64,000 bases of DNA from a virus. A program made the position numbers and the translations under genes. The notes beneath the pieces were generated by a model. That model saw nothing but the letters and a program-made list of their open reading frames with translations, was not told the origin of the DNA and made no database searches. Below are positions 37,017 to 47,810 of this stretch, piece after piece (the first letter of the stretch is position 1; every line of letters begins with the position of its first letter). Where the stretch lies: positions 3,663 to 67,662 of the IMG/VR virus record IMGVR_UViG_3300005731_000180; one strand, given 5' to 3'.

Positions 37017-38635
37017 TACTTTTCCAATAACTTTCTAAGAAGTTGGGCTTTAGATTGCTTTACTGCTCCATTAGCTGCCTGTATAGGTGAAAGTACCTGA
37101 TTAGGATTGTACTTTGATTGGAGTCCTAAGTAATCCTTATATGTTCCGCTATCTTGAATTGCCGATAAAAGTCTAGACAAGTTATATCGTTGTTTATTTT
37201 CATCTAGACCTGTTGTAGTTATTGTGCTAATTCCTGAACTTCTACTTCCTATTCTACGTGTTTCTTGTGGATTATATGTTTGCTCTGTAACACCTAAGTT
37301 TGCTAGTAATCTTCTATCAGAATCCGATAATGCACCTTGAGAACCTTTTCTTATTACGTCCAAACCTTGCGTAAATAAATCCTGAGCTCCTTGTGATCCT
37401 AACTGCTTAAGTCCTACCCATCCACCTAAGTCTAATCCTAAATTCTCACCAGCTCTTTGATATCCTAAACCTGCCATACCTTGCTCGTATTCAGACTTTC
37501 TCTGTCCAATAATATCTTGTAGTGCTTTTAATCCTGTTGGGTCTTCAGCTCCAACTTGTGTCGGGTCTAAAATAATATCTTGCTCTCTACCTGCTAATCT
37601 GGCTAAAGCTTGCGATCTTGCTAAGTCTTCTGCTGTGGCCAATGAACTTGCAGTAGCTTGTCTTAAGTAAGTAGACGGATCAACTCCATATAATCTATCG
37701 TATCCAAGTTGGTCAATATTTTCTTGAGTAAGTTGTCCACTTTCAAAAGCTTGTTTAAGGTTATTAATTCCTTCAAGTCTTCCTTCAACTTGTCCTCTTA
37801 ATGCTTCTGTAGCCTGTTCTGCTCCAGATGTAAGTTGTTGACGGATATCTGCCGCACCTGCTGACAATTCTCCACGTTGAGCTAGAGCTTGCTTTCTGGC
37901 CTCTGCCAAAGCCTGTTGCTGTTGTTTAGCAGCATCTTGAGCTTGTGTTACAATTCTTTCTCCAGCTTGTCTGTCACCACTTAGAATAAGTTCATCTAGT
38001 GCCGACTGTCCTGCTGTATATTTTTGTCCTTGTCCAGCAAAAGCTTGTCTCAGAAGGTCAGATTTACGTCCTGTAGCCGCTTGCTGTGCAATGTTACCTA
38101 GCCTTTGAGCTTGTGCTTTGGCTTGCGTTAAATCCAATTCTGGAGTCTGTGCTTTCATTTGAGAAGCTTGTTGGAACTGCTGTATAGCTTGGTCTTCTAA
38201 TTGTTGACCTGCACCGATATTCTGCGCTTGCTGTAATGCACTTTGAGCTTGTTGAAATGCTCTCTGTTGCATATCACGTTGTTGATTTACTTTAGACATA
38301 AAGTCTGACTGTTGCTTCTGAATTTGCTGTCCAACTGCCTGAGCCTGACTTTGTGTTGCTTTTTCCACACCTTGGGAAATACTTTGAGGCTTGTTAGCCG
38401 CTACGTATTTACGTAAGTCAGCACCCATTCCAGAACCTTTTGTAGACTTTGGAGCAGGAGCTTGAGTTGGCGAACCAGAGGCACTTGCAGGAGCCTGTGA
38501 ACCGCCCATAGGAGCTTGCTGTCCTTGTTGTTGTGGCGCAGCTTGTCCTCCCATAGATTGGGCTTGAGAACTTGGGCCAAGAGTATTCATCCTAGCTAAT
38601 TCGTCATTATCGTTCTTAGTCTTGAAAAATGCCAT
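37016..38635 (-). CDS. putative internal virion protein
   Basis: Q/A-rich helical protein after a late motif. Confidence 0.55.
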   Translation of the reverse strand: MAFFKTKNDNDELARMNTLGPSSQAQSMGGQAAPQQQGQQAPMGGSQAPASASGSPTQAPAPKSTKGSGMGADLRKYVAANKPQSISQGVEKATQSQAQAVGQQIQKQQSDFMSKVNQQRDMQQRAFQQAQSALQQAQNIGAGQQLEDQAIQQFQQASQMKAQTPELDLTQAKAQAQRLGNIAQQAATGRKSDLLRQAFAGQGQKYTAGQSALDELILSGDRQAGERIVTQAQDAAKQQQQALAEARKQALAQRGELSAGAADIRQQLTSGAEQATEALRGQVEGRLEGINNLKQAFESGQLTQENIDQLGYDRLYGVDPSTYLRQATASSLATAEDLARSQALARLAGREQDIILDPTQVGAEDPTGLKALQDIIGQRKSEYEQGMAGLGYQRAGENLGLDLGGWVGLKQLGSQGAQDLFTQGLDVIRKGSQGALSDSDRRLLANLGVTEQTYNPQETRRIGSRSSGISTITTTGLDENKQRYNLSRLLSAIQDSGTYKDYLGLQSKYNPNQVLSPIQAANGAVKQSKAQLLRKLLEK

Positions 38636-38658
38636 GTTACCTCTTTATTTTATACTAA

Positions 38659-38679
38659 TAGTTGTTAAATTATCGTAAC
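38659..38679 (-). promoter_or_regulatory. candidate late promoter
   Basis: + strand TAGTTGTTAA-N7-TAAC, 24 nt upstream of ATG 38635. Confidence 0.7.
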
Positions 38680-38692
38680 CTATTGTTATTCT

Positions 38693-39115
38693 TTATGAAA
38701 ATTCCAACTTAAGGATGATTTGGTACTTGTTATTGGCCTGTAAACCTGCTACGTGCTTGATTTCGTATCCACCTGTTCCAAGTGAAGAAAAGGTTACAAA
38801 AGGAGCAGAAGTTGGATAAATAGCTGCATTTGTTAGGTTTAATGCAGAAACTACCTGTGAACCTATAGCCCCAACATTAGAACTGAACTGTGTCTTTGTC
38901 GTAGGAACTCCATTAGAGTTTACAGTAACTTCAAATTGGACTAACTTGGACTTCAGGTTAGTAAAATCCAAGTTACCGTTTACGACGTTGATTATCTGCT
39001 CGATGTGGTGATTAAATGAAGAGGCGATATATCCGATTACCTGACGTTGTTCGTCATTAAAGTTTCCTTCTTCCGTCAATCTTCTTAGGTTATCTAATTG
39101 TGACATTATCTCCAC
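38693..39115 (-). CDS. putative tail protein
   Basis: Follows nozzle gene; NGNLDF.N motif. Confidence 0.5.
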   Translation of the reverse strand: MEIMSQLDNLRRLTEEGNFNDEQRQVIGYIASSFNHHIEQIINVVNGNLDFTNLKSKLVQFEVTVNSNGVPTTKTQFSSNVGAIGSQVVSALNLTNAAIYPTSAPFVTFSSLGTGGYEIKHVAGLQANNKYQIILKLEFS

Positions 39116-42100
39116 CTTCTCTTCGAGATTGATCTAGGATTCATGGTAATACCAACAATCTTAAACTTCTCTCTAGCGTTTACGTGTTTGAATCTGATTC
39201 TCAAATATCCGCATTTCTGCTTATTTCTTGGAACAATTCTTCTGATAGGAGTTTCAGAACCTCTTCCTCCAAAGTTTGATGAACCAAAGCTACCGTTACC
39301 AAAGTCTCCAATATCTCTAGCTAGGAAGTCCGAAAACTCAAAGGCCTGTGAAATGTCGGAATTAAATCCAATTGTTCCAGAATAAAAGTTTGTCTGATCG
39401 AACATTAATGTTGCATCTTGAACTTGCTTAAGTAACTGCGGGTCTCCGAAATGCTGTGGTGCCCACTCAATATCTGTTTGGATACCTTCGTAGATTAAAA
39501 CAGTTCCTTGTAGGAAAGCAGAGTTTTTATTGACACTAACAGTATTTCCTGAAAAGGGTATATTTGTAACAATAGCTTCATAAGTGACAGTTTTAGTATA
39601 AGTCGTATATGATTTAATAGAAGTGTCACAACTCGGATCATTTAGCTCACCTATTAGCGTATTAAACTCTGTTAATAAAGTAGTAAAGTTACTTGAGTAC
39701 GAAGTAGCAGTTACCGTTCCTGATGAATCATCTGCAACAAGTTTTGTATTTAGATCGTTCATTTTGTTTGTAATATTGTCGCCAGGTGATGCTTCTAACG
39801 TCGAGAAGTAATCTGTATCATCCAAACCAGAATCAATATCCAATCTCTTTAAAAGAGAGTTAAAACGATTTAGAGTAACTGTCTGGGCTTGGTAAACAAC
39901 ATCTCCCACTGTTACATTACTCGCATTAGAGAGTGTTAATTCAAGGTCTCCAATTGCATTAGTCGGAAGTGTTAAGGCAAAATCCAAGTCAGCATAATCG
40001 CTTCTATCGTCGTCTTTTCTTTCTCGTCTAATTATATTATCTGCTCCATCTCCGATATACATTTTATCATCTGAAGTATTAACTAGTCCGCATGTTCCAC
40101 CTATTGTCCACCTTGTCCAAGAACGAGTGAAATAATTGTAACGGTACATTTGTGTTGCTACAGTATCTCCTGTTTCTGTAGGTAGTGCAATTAAGTAACT
40201 TCTATCCGACTCGTAAGCTATTGCGAAAGAAGTAAGTTTATAATCGTACCTTGGGTTAGTAACACCTAGAATCTTATCCTCAATATCCGTTGAAATAATA
40301 AATGGAGATGACTCTGTAATAGTCGCAATTCCTTGGGACGTTAGAGCGTAAATTTGGTTGTTCAAAATAACTGCCGTATCAGGAGCTAGTACTTGTACTG
40401 AAGATTCTACTAGTCGTGAATTGAACGGAGAAGACGTACCTGTTACTAGATAAATCCCATCTTCTTTCATAACGATTAGGTTATCTCGTAGTGCCAAAAT
40501 TCTCTGAATTGCCTTATCTTTAGGGCCAATGTCAATAAAGTTTACTAATGGAACTGCTTCTGGTTTTCCAAACTTAGAGTAATACAATCTGTTCCCTGCT
40601 ACTTCATTATCAGATTCCACATCTGCTAAAAACCAAGTACCTGTAGTACCTGCTCCTGTTACGTTTACTGGAATTGAGAAAGTGTTTGGATCAATTACCG
40701 TTACTGTATATTTTCCTAAAAGAGCAGGAGTAGAGTCTGTACCGTAAATAAATACTTCCTGCCCAGAAACAAGTCCATGAGTAGCTGATGTTATTACAGA
40801 TGGATTTGCTGCACTAATTCCTGTGATAGTGTTAGTCTGTGATAAAGTTGGATCAAACTCTGCGCCATTAGCGTCTAAGCTTCCTAAAAAGAAACTTCCA
40901 TCTGCTAGTTCTCTAGATTCCAGAGAAATAATACCAGGTAAATCATCCGGACTTGACAAGTAAGTAGCTCTAACTGGAGAACTCGTATCCTTGTTTATAA
41001 TCTTAACAAGTGATCTAGCAGTTTCATCAATTGCCTGTCCAACAGAAGCTAAACTTGAAAGAAGAACTTCATTTGAAGCTGAATCCTCTCCATCACCAGC
41101 CGTTGAAGGAGCAGCGAAAGTAAATCCTGTAGGTGTCGAACCGTCTACTGCGTTGTCAACATTTCCGTTCTTATTCCAAGTAACTGTTACTGTAGCAGTT
41201 GAAACTGAAGTCGAGAATTCTCCCGAAGCTAGTAAAGCTGCTGATAAAGCTGTAGCAACATCTCCTACTGTGTCGTTTGTGTTGATATCTACTCGTATCC
41301 CGACTCTTGCAGTTACTTCAGGATCAGATGCACCTGCACCAGTAGAAAACCAAACATAGTATTTTCTTTCATTTCTTGCTGTATTAATTAAAAAATATGT
41401 ACCGTCTAGTGAGTCCGAAACATCGGCAACAGTGGTAATATCTTGTACCTGTGTAGCTCCAACAAACGTGTACTCTCTAGAGGTATCTCCGTTACCTATT
41501 ACGATTCCAGAAGTTCCAGAAACGAAGTCATCTACCGATAATACTCTTAGTTGTAGTCTGTGGAAAGTAGATGTGTTTGCGTAGAACATGAAGTTCTTAA
41601 ATAGCTCAACATCTTTTGCTACAGGCGGTTTCTCATTGGCTTGTAAGATACCTTCTCCGTTTACAGGGTTTGTATATAAAAATGCACCTTGCTCTCTGAA
41701 TGACTCAGGAGTGGCATCACTTACAGATATCTCTTTTGCTGATAGTTCTGAAGTAGTTGGAAAATCTTCGAATAAGAAGTTGTGTTCATCACCTGGTTCG
41801 ATATCATCAAGTGTAAGGCCTTCTGGAGTTGTGACTACTCCTGTTCTGTAAACTTGGTAAAAGTAATCAGTTGAGTCTACTTCAGTTGGGATTGTAAAAG
41901 TAAGGTTAACATTAGCTGCTGTCCCTGTTACAATAGAACCTTGCTCTGTTACTGAGATAGTAAACCCTGTTCCGTTTACAGACGAGTCTGAAGCATCTGT
42001 GAGGTTTTCTCCTGCTTCTGTAGACGTTACTGTGATTACATTACTTGCCACTTCAACCGTGAAAGGTAAGTTAGATATAGCAGCAGCTACTAATATAGCA

Positions 42101-42891
42101 ACATCATCTGCTGTAGTAGCACCTGAAATGTCAACTTTTACTTTAGTCTTACCGAAAGTATCAGAATCAGTTGGCTCTGTTCCAGAACCTGTTTTATCCA
42201 TCCATAACATGTAATCAACAGTTGACGAACTAATAAAGAAATACGTTAAGTCAGTAATAGAAGCCGAGGCCACTGTAGTTATTGAAATAGTCTCAGATAA
42301 GTTAACATCTGACGTACTATTAGTGATTACTAATCTAGAACTTGGACTTCCTAGTATTATGTTATTGTTATTATCTCGCTTACCCCAAACAATCCTGTAA
42401 GCTACTTTTGAACTTGATGGAAGAAAACCTGCTGTCGTAAAGTCTAACTGACCTTCCAAGTCTAAAGCTTTAGGCCCTCCTGCTTGTTCAATAGACCCTG
42501 CTACAATCTGTGACGCAGAAGTAGCTGATATCTTTTTAATCCCTGAATTTGAGGTCATATAAAAGTTACCATTAGATTCTTTACCTTTAATTCTGGCAGT
42601 TCCAGAAGGCTCAGTAAGTGACTCTGTGAAAGACGTAAAAGTACCTGTAGAGTCGTCAAATTGTAAAGTAGACCCAAAGTGTCTTAGGATTCTATCTTTA
42701 TATACAAGTAACTGTTTAGCTCTATCAGTAGAACTTGGTAGTTCGTCTCCGTATTGGCTAAGTCCTCTTCTTGGCTCTGCTACATCTGGAGTATCAATAA
42801 CGATATTATCAGCCTTAGTTAGATAACCGTCATTGTTTGATAGCTCGTTGTCGAAGGTTTTTAGTCCTCGACATTTTAGAATAGTTCCCAT
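39106..42891 (-). CDS. tail nozzle / tubular protein B-like, with inserted repeat domains
   Basis: 1261 aa, beta-rich; NRLYYSK...PEAVP, RDNLIVMKEDGIY; ITGISAANPSVITSATHGL (FCCH-like) domain. Confidence 0.7.
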   Translation of the reverse strand: MGTILKCRGLKTFDNELSNNDGYLTKADNIVIDTPDVAEPRRGLSQYGDELPSSTDRAKQLLVYKDRILRHFGSTLQFDDSTGTFTSFTESLTEPSGTARIKGKESNGNFYMTSNSGIKKISATSASQIVAGSIEQAGGPKALDLEGQLDFTTAGFLPSSSKVAYRIVWGKRDNNNNIILGSPSSRLVITNSTSDVNLSETISITTVASASITDLTYFFISSSTVDYMLWMDKTGSGTEPTDSDTFGKTKVKVDISGATTADDVAILVAAAISNLPFTVEVASNVITVTSTEAGENLTDASDSSVNGTGFTISVTEQGSIVTGTAANVNLTFTIPTEVDSTDYFYQVYRTGVVTTPEGLTLDDIEPGDEHNFLFEDFPTTSELSAKEISVSDATPESFREQGAFLYTNPVNGEGILQANEKPPVAKDVELFKNFMFYANTSTFHRLQLRVLSVDDFVSGTSGIVIGNGDTSREYTFVGATQVQDITTVADVSDSLDGTYFLINTARNERKYYVWFSTGAGASDPEVTARVGIRVDINTNDTVGDVATALSAALLASGEFSTSVSTATVTVTWNKNGNVDNAVDGSTPTGFTFAAPSTAGDGEDSASNEVLLSSLASVGQAIDETARSLVKIINKDTSSPVRATYLSSPDDLPGIISLESRELADGSFFLGSLDANGAEFDPTLSQTNTITGISAANPSVITSATHGLVSGQEVFIYGTDSTPALLGKYTVTVIDPNTFSIPVNVTGAGTTGTWFLADVESDNEVAGNRLYYSKFGKPEAVPLVNFIDIGPKDKAIQRILALRDNLIVMKEDGIYLVTGTSSPFNSRLVESSVQVLAPDTAVILNNQIYALTSQGIATITESSPFIISTDIEDKILGVTNPRYDYKLTSFAIAYESDRSYLIALPTETGDTVATQMYRYNYFTRSWTRWTIGGTCGLVNTSDDKMYIGDGADNIIRRERKDDDRSDYADLDFALTLPTNAIGDLELTLSNASNVTVGDVVYQAQTVTLNRFNSLLKRLDIDSGLDDTDYFSTLEASPGDNITNKMNDLNTKLVADDSSGTVTATSYSSNFTTLLTEFNTLIGELNDPSCDTSIKSYTTYTKTVTYEAIVTNIPFSGNTVSVNKNSAFLQGTVLIYEGIQTDIEWAPQHFGDPQLLKQVQDATLMFDQTNFYSGTIGFNSDISQAFEFSDFLARDIGDFGNGSFGSSNFGGRGSETPIRRIVPRNKQKCGYLRIRFKHVNAREKFKIVGITMNPRSISKRRWR

Positions 42892-42893
42892 TA

Positions 42894-43883
42894 TTAATAT
42901 CCACTTTTATTAAACCCACCTCTTTGTTGACTGAGAGTTGAGTGTCTGTTTACGATCTTCTTGTTACTTCCATCTACTCTATCGTTCAAGATAGTACTTA
43001 AACTCTTTTCCATCTTAGAAAGTTGCCTCTCTAGAGATTGTTTAGCTTGCTCGTCGTTAAGACCCTCTGCTACTGAAATGGCCACTAACTGAGCTAACAC
43101 AGAATGAAGTTCTGTTGGGACATTTGGCACAGGTGTTTCCTGTGTAGCTGTTAGGTAGTCTCCTACCGCTAAGTCTGACGGAATAGTGTCTGGATCGCTG
43201 ATAGTTACAGTTTTCATTGAACTAGACACTGCCGATACAGTAATGTCATATCCAAGAATATTATGCGGACTCTTGTATTTAACAAAGTCACACCCTTCTG
43301 TGACTAGTCCAGAAAAATCAGTTGGGAAGTTTGACATGGTAATTATTCCAGTGTCTCTATCAATTGCTGTAATCTTTCCTACTTCGCTTTCTTTTACCAT
43401 CATACTAGGCTGCATGTAGTAGTACATTCTAAGACTTCCAGAGCTTACTGGAAAATCATTCAACAACTTCACGTTGTTATCCTCCAACATATAGCTGAAA
43501 CCTTGTTCATCCCAAGACGTGAAACCTCTAGACCCTTGATAAGCATAGTGATCTGGAAGGTCGATTCTATGCATCTCGTAAATTACCTGATTGGCAAACT
43601 CAACTGTTGGGTCTTGTACATAGAATATGTCTCTTAATTTATTTCCAGCAGCTCTCGAAGGAATATCGTATGTGTAAGTGTTTTGGACAAGTGATACGTC
43701 TTCTTTCGTCACTAAGTACTCTTCATATTTTGAAATGATTTCTGTAGCAAGAAAAACATCCATCTCGTTATTCATCATCTCGATTAAATCTTCATCAGTA
43801 TATGAGTCATCATCTGACGGAATAAAAGCTTTTCTGCGAATAGTTCGAAGTAGCTTATCTGTTGTTAAGGCTTTCTTAGACAT
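42894..43883 (-). CDS. tail adaptor / tubular protein A-like
   Basis: LL..IRR.A..P, YDIPSRA, P.VP.ELH..L; immediately upstream of nozzle gene. Confidence 0.6.
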   Translation of the reverse strand: MSKKALTTDKLLRTIRRKAFIPSDDDSYTDEDLIEMMNNEMDVFLATEIISKYEEYLVTKEDVSLVQNTYTYDIPSRAAGNKLRDIFYVQDPTVEFANQVIYEMHRIDLPDHYAYQGSRGFTSWDEQGFSYMLEDNNVKLLNDFPVSSGSLRMYYYMQPSMMVKESEVGKITAIDRDTGIITMSNFPTDFSGLVTEGCDFVKYKSPHNILGYDITVSAVSSSMKTVTISDPDTIPSDLAVGDYLTATQETPVPNVPTELHSVLAQLVAISVAEGLNDEQAKQSLERQLSKMEKSLSTILNDRVDGSNKKIVNRHSTLSQQRGGFNKSGY

Positions 43884-43892
43884 GGCTTATCC

Positions 43893-44228
43893 TTATTTAG
43901 TCTTAAGTTTCATCAATTTTTTAAGCTTCTCTTTCAGAGAATCTGGCATTTCGTAAGAATCTTCTTTTTCCATTAACTTTACGTCTTTGATTTTATCAGC
44001 TTCTTCTTTTAGTTCTTTTGGCAATTTGTATCCGCCGTTTTCGTATTTCTTTTTACCACCGTTCATGGCTTTCATTTCTTTACGTTTTTTGATTAGCTTC
44101 TCTGCCATAGATAGGCCTTTCTCAAGTCCTTCTTTAGAGTCAGAAATTACTGAAACCTTTTGGACTCCTCCGTCCTTCATTTCTTTCATTTTCTTAAGCA
44201 TTTTCTTACGTTTTTCACATTGATCCAT
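43893..44228 (-). CDS. Lys/Met-rich small late protein with xxGG motifs
   Basis: MKDGG, AMNGG, YENGG; SD aaggag. Confidence 0.65.
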   Translation of the reverse strand: MDQCEKRKKMLKKMKEMKDGGVQKVSVISDSKEGLEKGLSMAEKLIKKRKEMKAMNGGKKKYENGGYKLPKELKEEADKIKDVKLMEKEDSYEMPDSLKEKLKKLMKLKTK

Positions 44229-44277
44229 GTCTGATTCTCCTTATTTCGACTACTTACATTTTTCTTGACTGTATATA

Positions 44278-44298
44278 TAGTTGTTAAAATGGGATAAG
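44278..44298 (-). promoter_or_regulatory. candidate late promoter
   Basis: + strand TAGTTGTTAA-N7-TAAG. Confidence 0.7.
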
Positions 44299-44310
44299 TA
44301 CGTGGTATTA

Positions 44311-44586
44311 TTACCATTCACCTATAATAATTGCGGTTATTCCAGCTCCAGTGGTCACTTTCCAACCACCTGAGTTTTCGGACTGTATATCCAACTCTAG
44401 CGAGACAGGAAGTACTGTACTATCAGCATCATAGATTGGCATAGCCGTATCTCCTCCGTCTTGTATTTTTAACTGACCTGTGATTACTTCAGAAGACGGA
44501 ACTACTACAACACGATGGATAATATCTCCCATCTTACCTGAGCCTAGCGTTACGGTTTGATTCTCTCCTACGTATTTGTATGCCAT
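44311..44586 (-). CDS. small beta-rich virion protein
   Basis: SD aggag; composition. Confidence 0.55.
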   Translation of the reverse strand: MAYKYVGENQTVTLGSGKMGDIIHRVVVVPSSEVITGQLKIQDGGDTAMPIYDADSTVLPVSLELDIQSENSGGWKVTTGAGITAIIIGEW

Positions 44587-44595
44587 ATTTGTCTC

Positions 44596-47361
44596 CTAAA
44601 CTTCTATATCAATAAACTCAAACTCCACAGCGATCGTAGTATTGTTATCCGATACGTCGAATACCCTCCACTTCATATCAGTTTTCTCTTCCAATAAAAT
44701 TCCACCCTTCGGAATACTTTCATACCCTAATGAGTTAGTAATTTCGATATTACGCTTTGTTTGAAATGCTTCATTCTCTTTGCGTACCATAAATCCTACG
44801 TTAGCAGAACCGTTAGAACCTGATGTTCTAGTCATACTTGCTTTAAGGCCGAGTACGAGACGTTTCTTTCCTGCTGGAACTGTGTCTGCTCCTAAAGTAG
44901 ATTGGTTTGTTCCAGTTGGCATTACTGCAAATATTTGTGAAGGTGTTCCTGTCCAAGATGCGGTGATACTTCCTTGATTAAATTCAGCACTACCTGCTGT
45001 TACAACTTCCATTCTGGATACTCGCCAGTAAGAATTCACCGTAGTAACTGCTGTAGTTCCATTTAGAGTTATTATTTCATTAATTTCGTTATAACTTCCG
45101 TCTAATCCGTAAATCCTTAACGTCCTGGCACCTGTACCTGCTGATGTGTCATTTCCGCTACTAGAATCTACATCCAATGTTGTAGCTGAACCAGTAGTAG
45201 GTTGACCTGTATATACTCCTCCGTTGTTCCAAATATCTTCAGGAGTAGACCCTGTATCTATATCAGGGTTCCTACCAAACTTTGTATTAATCTTCGCATC
45301 CGAATAATTTCCTAATGCAACGTCTGTATAAAAGTCTGAGGTCTGTAAAGCTCCTTGATCGTTTGTACCTACGTTTACGTAAGTAGAATCTGAAGCTCTC
45401 TTTCCAACAATAACTGAACGATTTAGTGTTACAATTGAGTTTGCTGGAACAAAAGATTCCATCTTAAGCATCTGACCTGTTTGCGGTTGAGTCTCTAACT
45501 TAAATCTAAAGTGGAATTCGGTCTGTGCAACACCTGATGTGTTTACAAACTGTATCTGGAAATATGGAGCTAAAGTTGAAGTAGCAAACCAATTAAGGTC
45601 GTCAGTTGGATCATAAGGTGAGGTAAATGTTCTAATAAGTTGTGTACCTGCGGCATCCGCATACCAAAATCCATTAATAGTTCCAACCTGATCGGCTTTG
45701 AATTCACCGATTACTTGAGAAAACTCTTCTACGTTTACTATATCAGAAGTAAAACTAGCACCAATGCCTAAAGGAGTATTTGAACTAGCTGTCGAATAGT
45801 ATCCACTTTGTCTTTCGTTAGCATATACTCCATCTGGATTCTTACCAGCATTTACCGTTCTGTTTACATTAACAAGCGAGTTTGTCGGAACAAAAGCCTC
45901 TAAACTTAACATCTGTCCATGTTTTGAACTAGTGTCCAACTTCGACCAAAAGTGAAACTCTGTCTGAGGAGTTGCACCGTTTGTGTAGATTAGACGAATA
46001 TATCGTGAAAAGGTTACAGAAGAGAACCAGCTAATATCGTTATTTGGAACGTATGGTACAGTGAATGATCTAAGAGCTTGTGTTCCTGCTGCATCTGCAT
46101 ACCATGTTCCAACAAGTGTTCCTGTTTGGTCTGCTCTTAACTCTGTACTAATTTGAGAGTAACCTTCACAGTCGATTATCCCACTATCGAACACTCCTCC
46201 AGAACCTAACGTAGCGTTAGTTGAAACTGCGTCAACATATCCTGATTGTCTCGTATTTTCATACATGTTATTAGGATTTAGACCTGTATTTACTGACCTT
46301 GTTAGGTAAGCGTCAGAGTCCAGTGGAATATTGGAATCTAGTTTGAATTCCAACTTGTTAAATTGTCCGAGAGAGGTCTGTAGTCTGAAAGCGGTCATAT
46401 TGGAACCTGACGTATTCACTGCTACAACACGATACCATTCACGGCCCATAATTAGCCTTCTAGGAGTTCCAAATGTTACCCCTGCCTCGTAGTCGTATTT
46501 TAAGCTAGAGTCGATTCCTGCTGCCGTTCCTGCCGTATAAACAGGTTGTCCTAAAGTAGTTGACAGTTCTGTATTAGCAAACTGAACGTACCAAGAGAAA
46601 TCCTGATCCGCATAAGGTGACACCAAAATCTCGGGACATTGCCTCCTAGTCCAAGGGCCATAGAAAACTTCCCCTGCATTTAGAGGAGTAGACGTACTAT
46701 TATCTTCATCCACGAATAAACAATCTCTGTCCAAAAACACTGTTCTGTTAACTTCGTCGTAAACGTACTTGTATCCTTCTGGTGCAGTTAAGTCTTTGTC
46801 CAGTAATAATTCAGAACTACCTTGTGCTAATACTGTAAAAGTAAATCCCGTGTTGTTGTCTGAAATGTCGTCTGTAGCTCCAAGAACTTTATTAGTAATC
46901 TCTATAGCACCTTCCAAATCCTGTACGGTAAAGTCCGTACCTGCTACAGAAGCTATCACAGTTTTTGTTGCGAAGCTGATAATCTTTTCATTATCACCAG
47001 AGCTAATTGGAACTTCGATTCCTGTTTTTCCGACTACAGCAGGATCAGTTCCTCCAGAGTCCACGTTGTACCAGACGTAGTATTGCGTTTTGTTTAGCGC
47101 AGAGTTTAAGTTAAAATATTTGTTATTCAGTGAACCTGAAACGTCCGAATTGAATTCCACTCTCGACTTCTCGAAGTCAGAATCAAGGTAGAACTTGATA
47201 TTGGTTACATTTTCCTGGGAATCTAATGTAGTCTCTACACGGTTCCAGTAGGAACCTACGATATTGTTTACATCTATAACACGCTTCGCACTAATCGAAT
47301 CTTCGTGTTCGATTTTAGACGTTAACGTAGCGTCAAATTGGGATGGATTCTTAGTACTCAT
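44596..47361 (-). CDS. multidomain virion fibre/decoration protein with internal repeats
   Basis: About 145-aa repeats (NERQSGY...WYADAAGTQ...QTEFHF...GQML..E.FVP.NS); KFGRNPDIDT C-terminal domain. Confidence 0.65.
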   Translation of the reverse strand: MSTKNPSQFDATLTSKIEHEDSISAKRVIDVNNIVGSYWNRVETTLDSQENVTNIKFYLDSDFEKSRVEFNSDVSGSLNNKYFNLNSALNKTQYYVWYNVDSGGTDPAVVGKTGIEVPISSGDNEKIISFATKTVIASVAGTDFTVQDLEGAIEITNKVLGATDDISDNNTGFTFTVLAQGSSELLLDKDLTAPEGYKYVYDEVNRTVFLDRDCLFVDEDNSTSTPLNAGEVFYGPWTRRQCPEILVSPYADQDFSWYVQFANTELSTTLGQPVYTAGTAAGIDSSLKYDYEAGVTFGTPRRLIMGREWYRVVAVNTSGSNMTAFRLQTSLGQFNKLEFKLDSNIPLDSDAYLTRSVNTGLNPNNMYENTRQSGYVDAVSTNATLGSGGVFDSGIIDCEGYSQISTELRADQTGTLVGTWYADAAGTQALRSFTVPYVPNNDISWFSSVTFSRYIRLIYTNGATPQTEFHFWSKLDTSSKHGQMLSLEAFVPTNSLVNVNRTVNAGKNPDGVYANERQSGYYSTASSNTPLGIGASFTSDIVNVEEFSQVIGEFKADQVGTINGFWYADAAGTQLIRTFTSPYDPTDDLNWFATSTLAPYFQIQFVNTSGVAQTEFHFRFKLETQPQTGQMLKMESFVPANSIVTLNRSVIVGKRASDSTYVNVGTNDQGALQTSDFYTDVALGNYSDAKINTKFGRNPDIDTGSTPEDIWNNGGVYTGQPTTGSATTLDVDSSSGNDTSAGTGARTLRIYGLDGSYNEINEIITLNGTTAVTTVNSYWRVSRMEVVTAGSAEFNQGSITASWTGTPSQIFAVMPTGTNQSTLGADTVPAGKKRLVLGLKASMTRTSGSNGSANVGFMVRKENEAFQTKRNIEITNSLGYESIPKGGILLEEKTDMKWRVFDVSDNNTTIAVEFEFIDIEV

Positions 47362-47810
47362 TACTTCTCTCCAATCTTCTTAGTCTTTCCCCACAGGTCT
47401 TTACATGCCCAATAACGTGCGGATAGTTTATCTTTAGCCGAATCACATCCATGTCTCGACCTAAAGTTTTTCTTTGCTTCTTTGGAATAATTATGTTTGT
47501 AACCCGTAGCTCCATAATGGATTAGCTTTTCCTTTCCGTTATCACAAGCTTTTACCATTTTCTTTTTACCGTCTCTATTTGAGGACTTCGGAGAGTTACA
47601 CTTCATGTCCTTCTTACCACCGTTTTTGAAGTACTCTTTACGAGCCTTTCTGTCGGCTTTAGAAGCTTCTATTGCAGCAATCTGACGTAGAGCTTCAGCT
47701 TTTGACTTATGAGTTCCTAGAGTCTTCTTATCTTTAGAATCTCGAACTAAGAACTTGTTTCCTTGTTTTTTTAACATAATTGTCGCACCATTAAGGTTTT
47801 GGGTTGTCAA
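47361..47810 (-). CDS. basic two-domain late protein
   Basis: KTLGTH.SKAEA.RQ..AIE domain plus KK.VKAC..GK..LIHYGA.GY...FRSRH.C....SARYW domain, linked by FKNGG. Confidence 0.6.
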   Translation of the reverse strand: MTTQNLNGATIMLKKQGNKFLVRDSKDKKTLGTHKSKAEALRQIAAIEASKADRKARKEYFKNGGKKDMKCNSPKSSNRDGKKKMVKACDNGKEKLIHYGATGYKHNYSKEAKKNFRSRHGCDSAKDKLSARYWACKDLWGKTKKIGEK

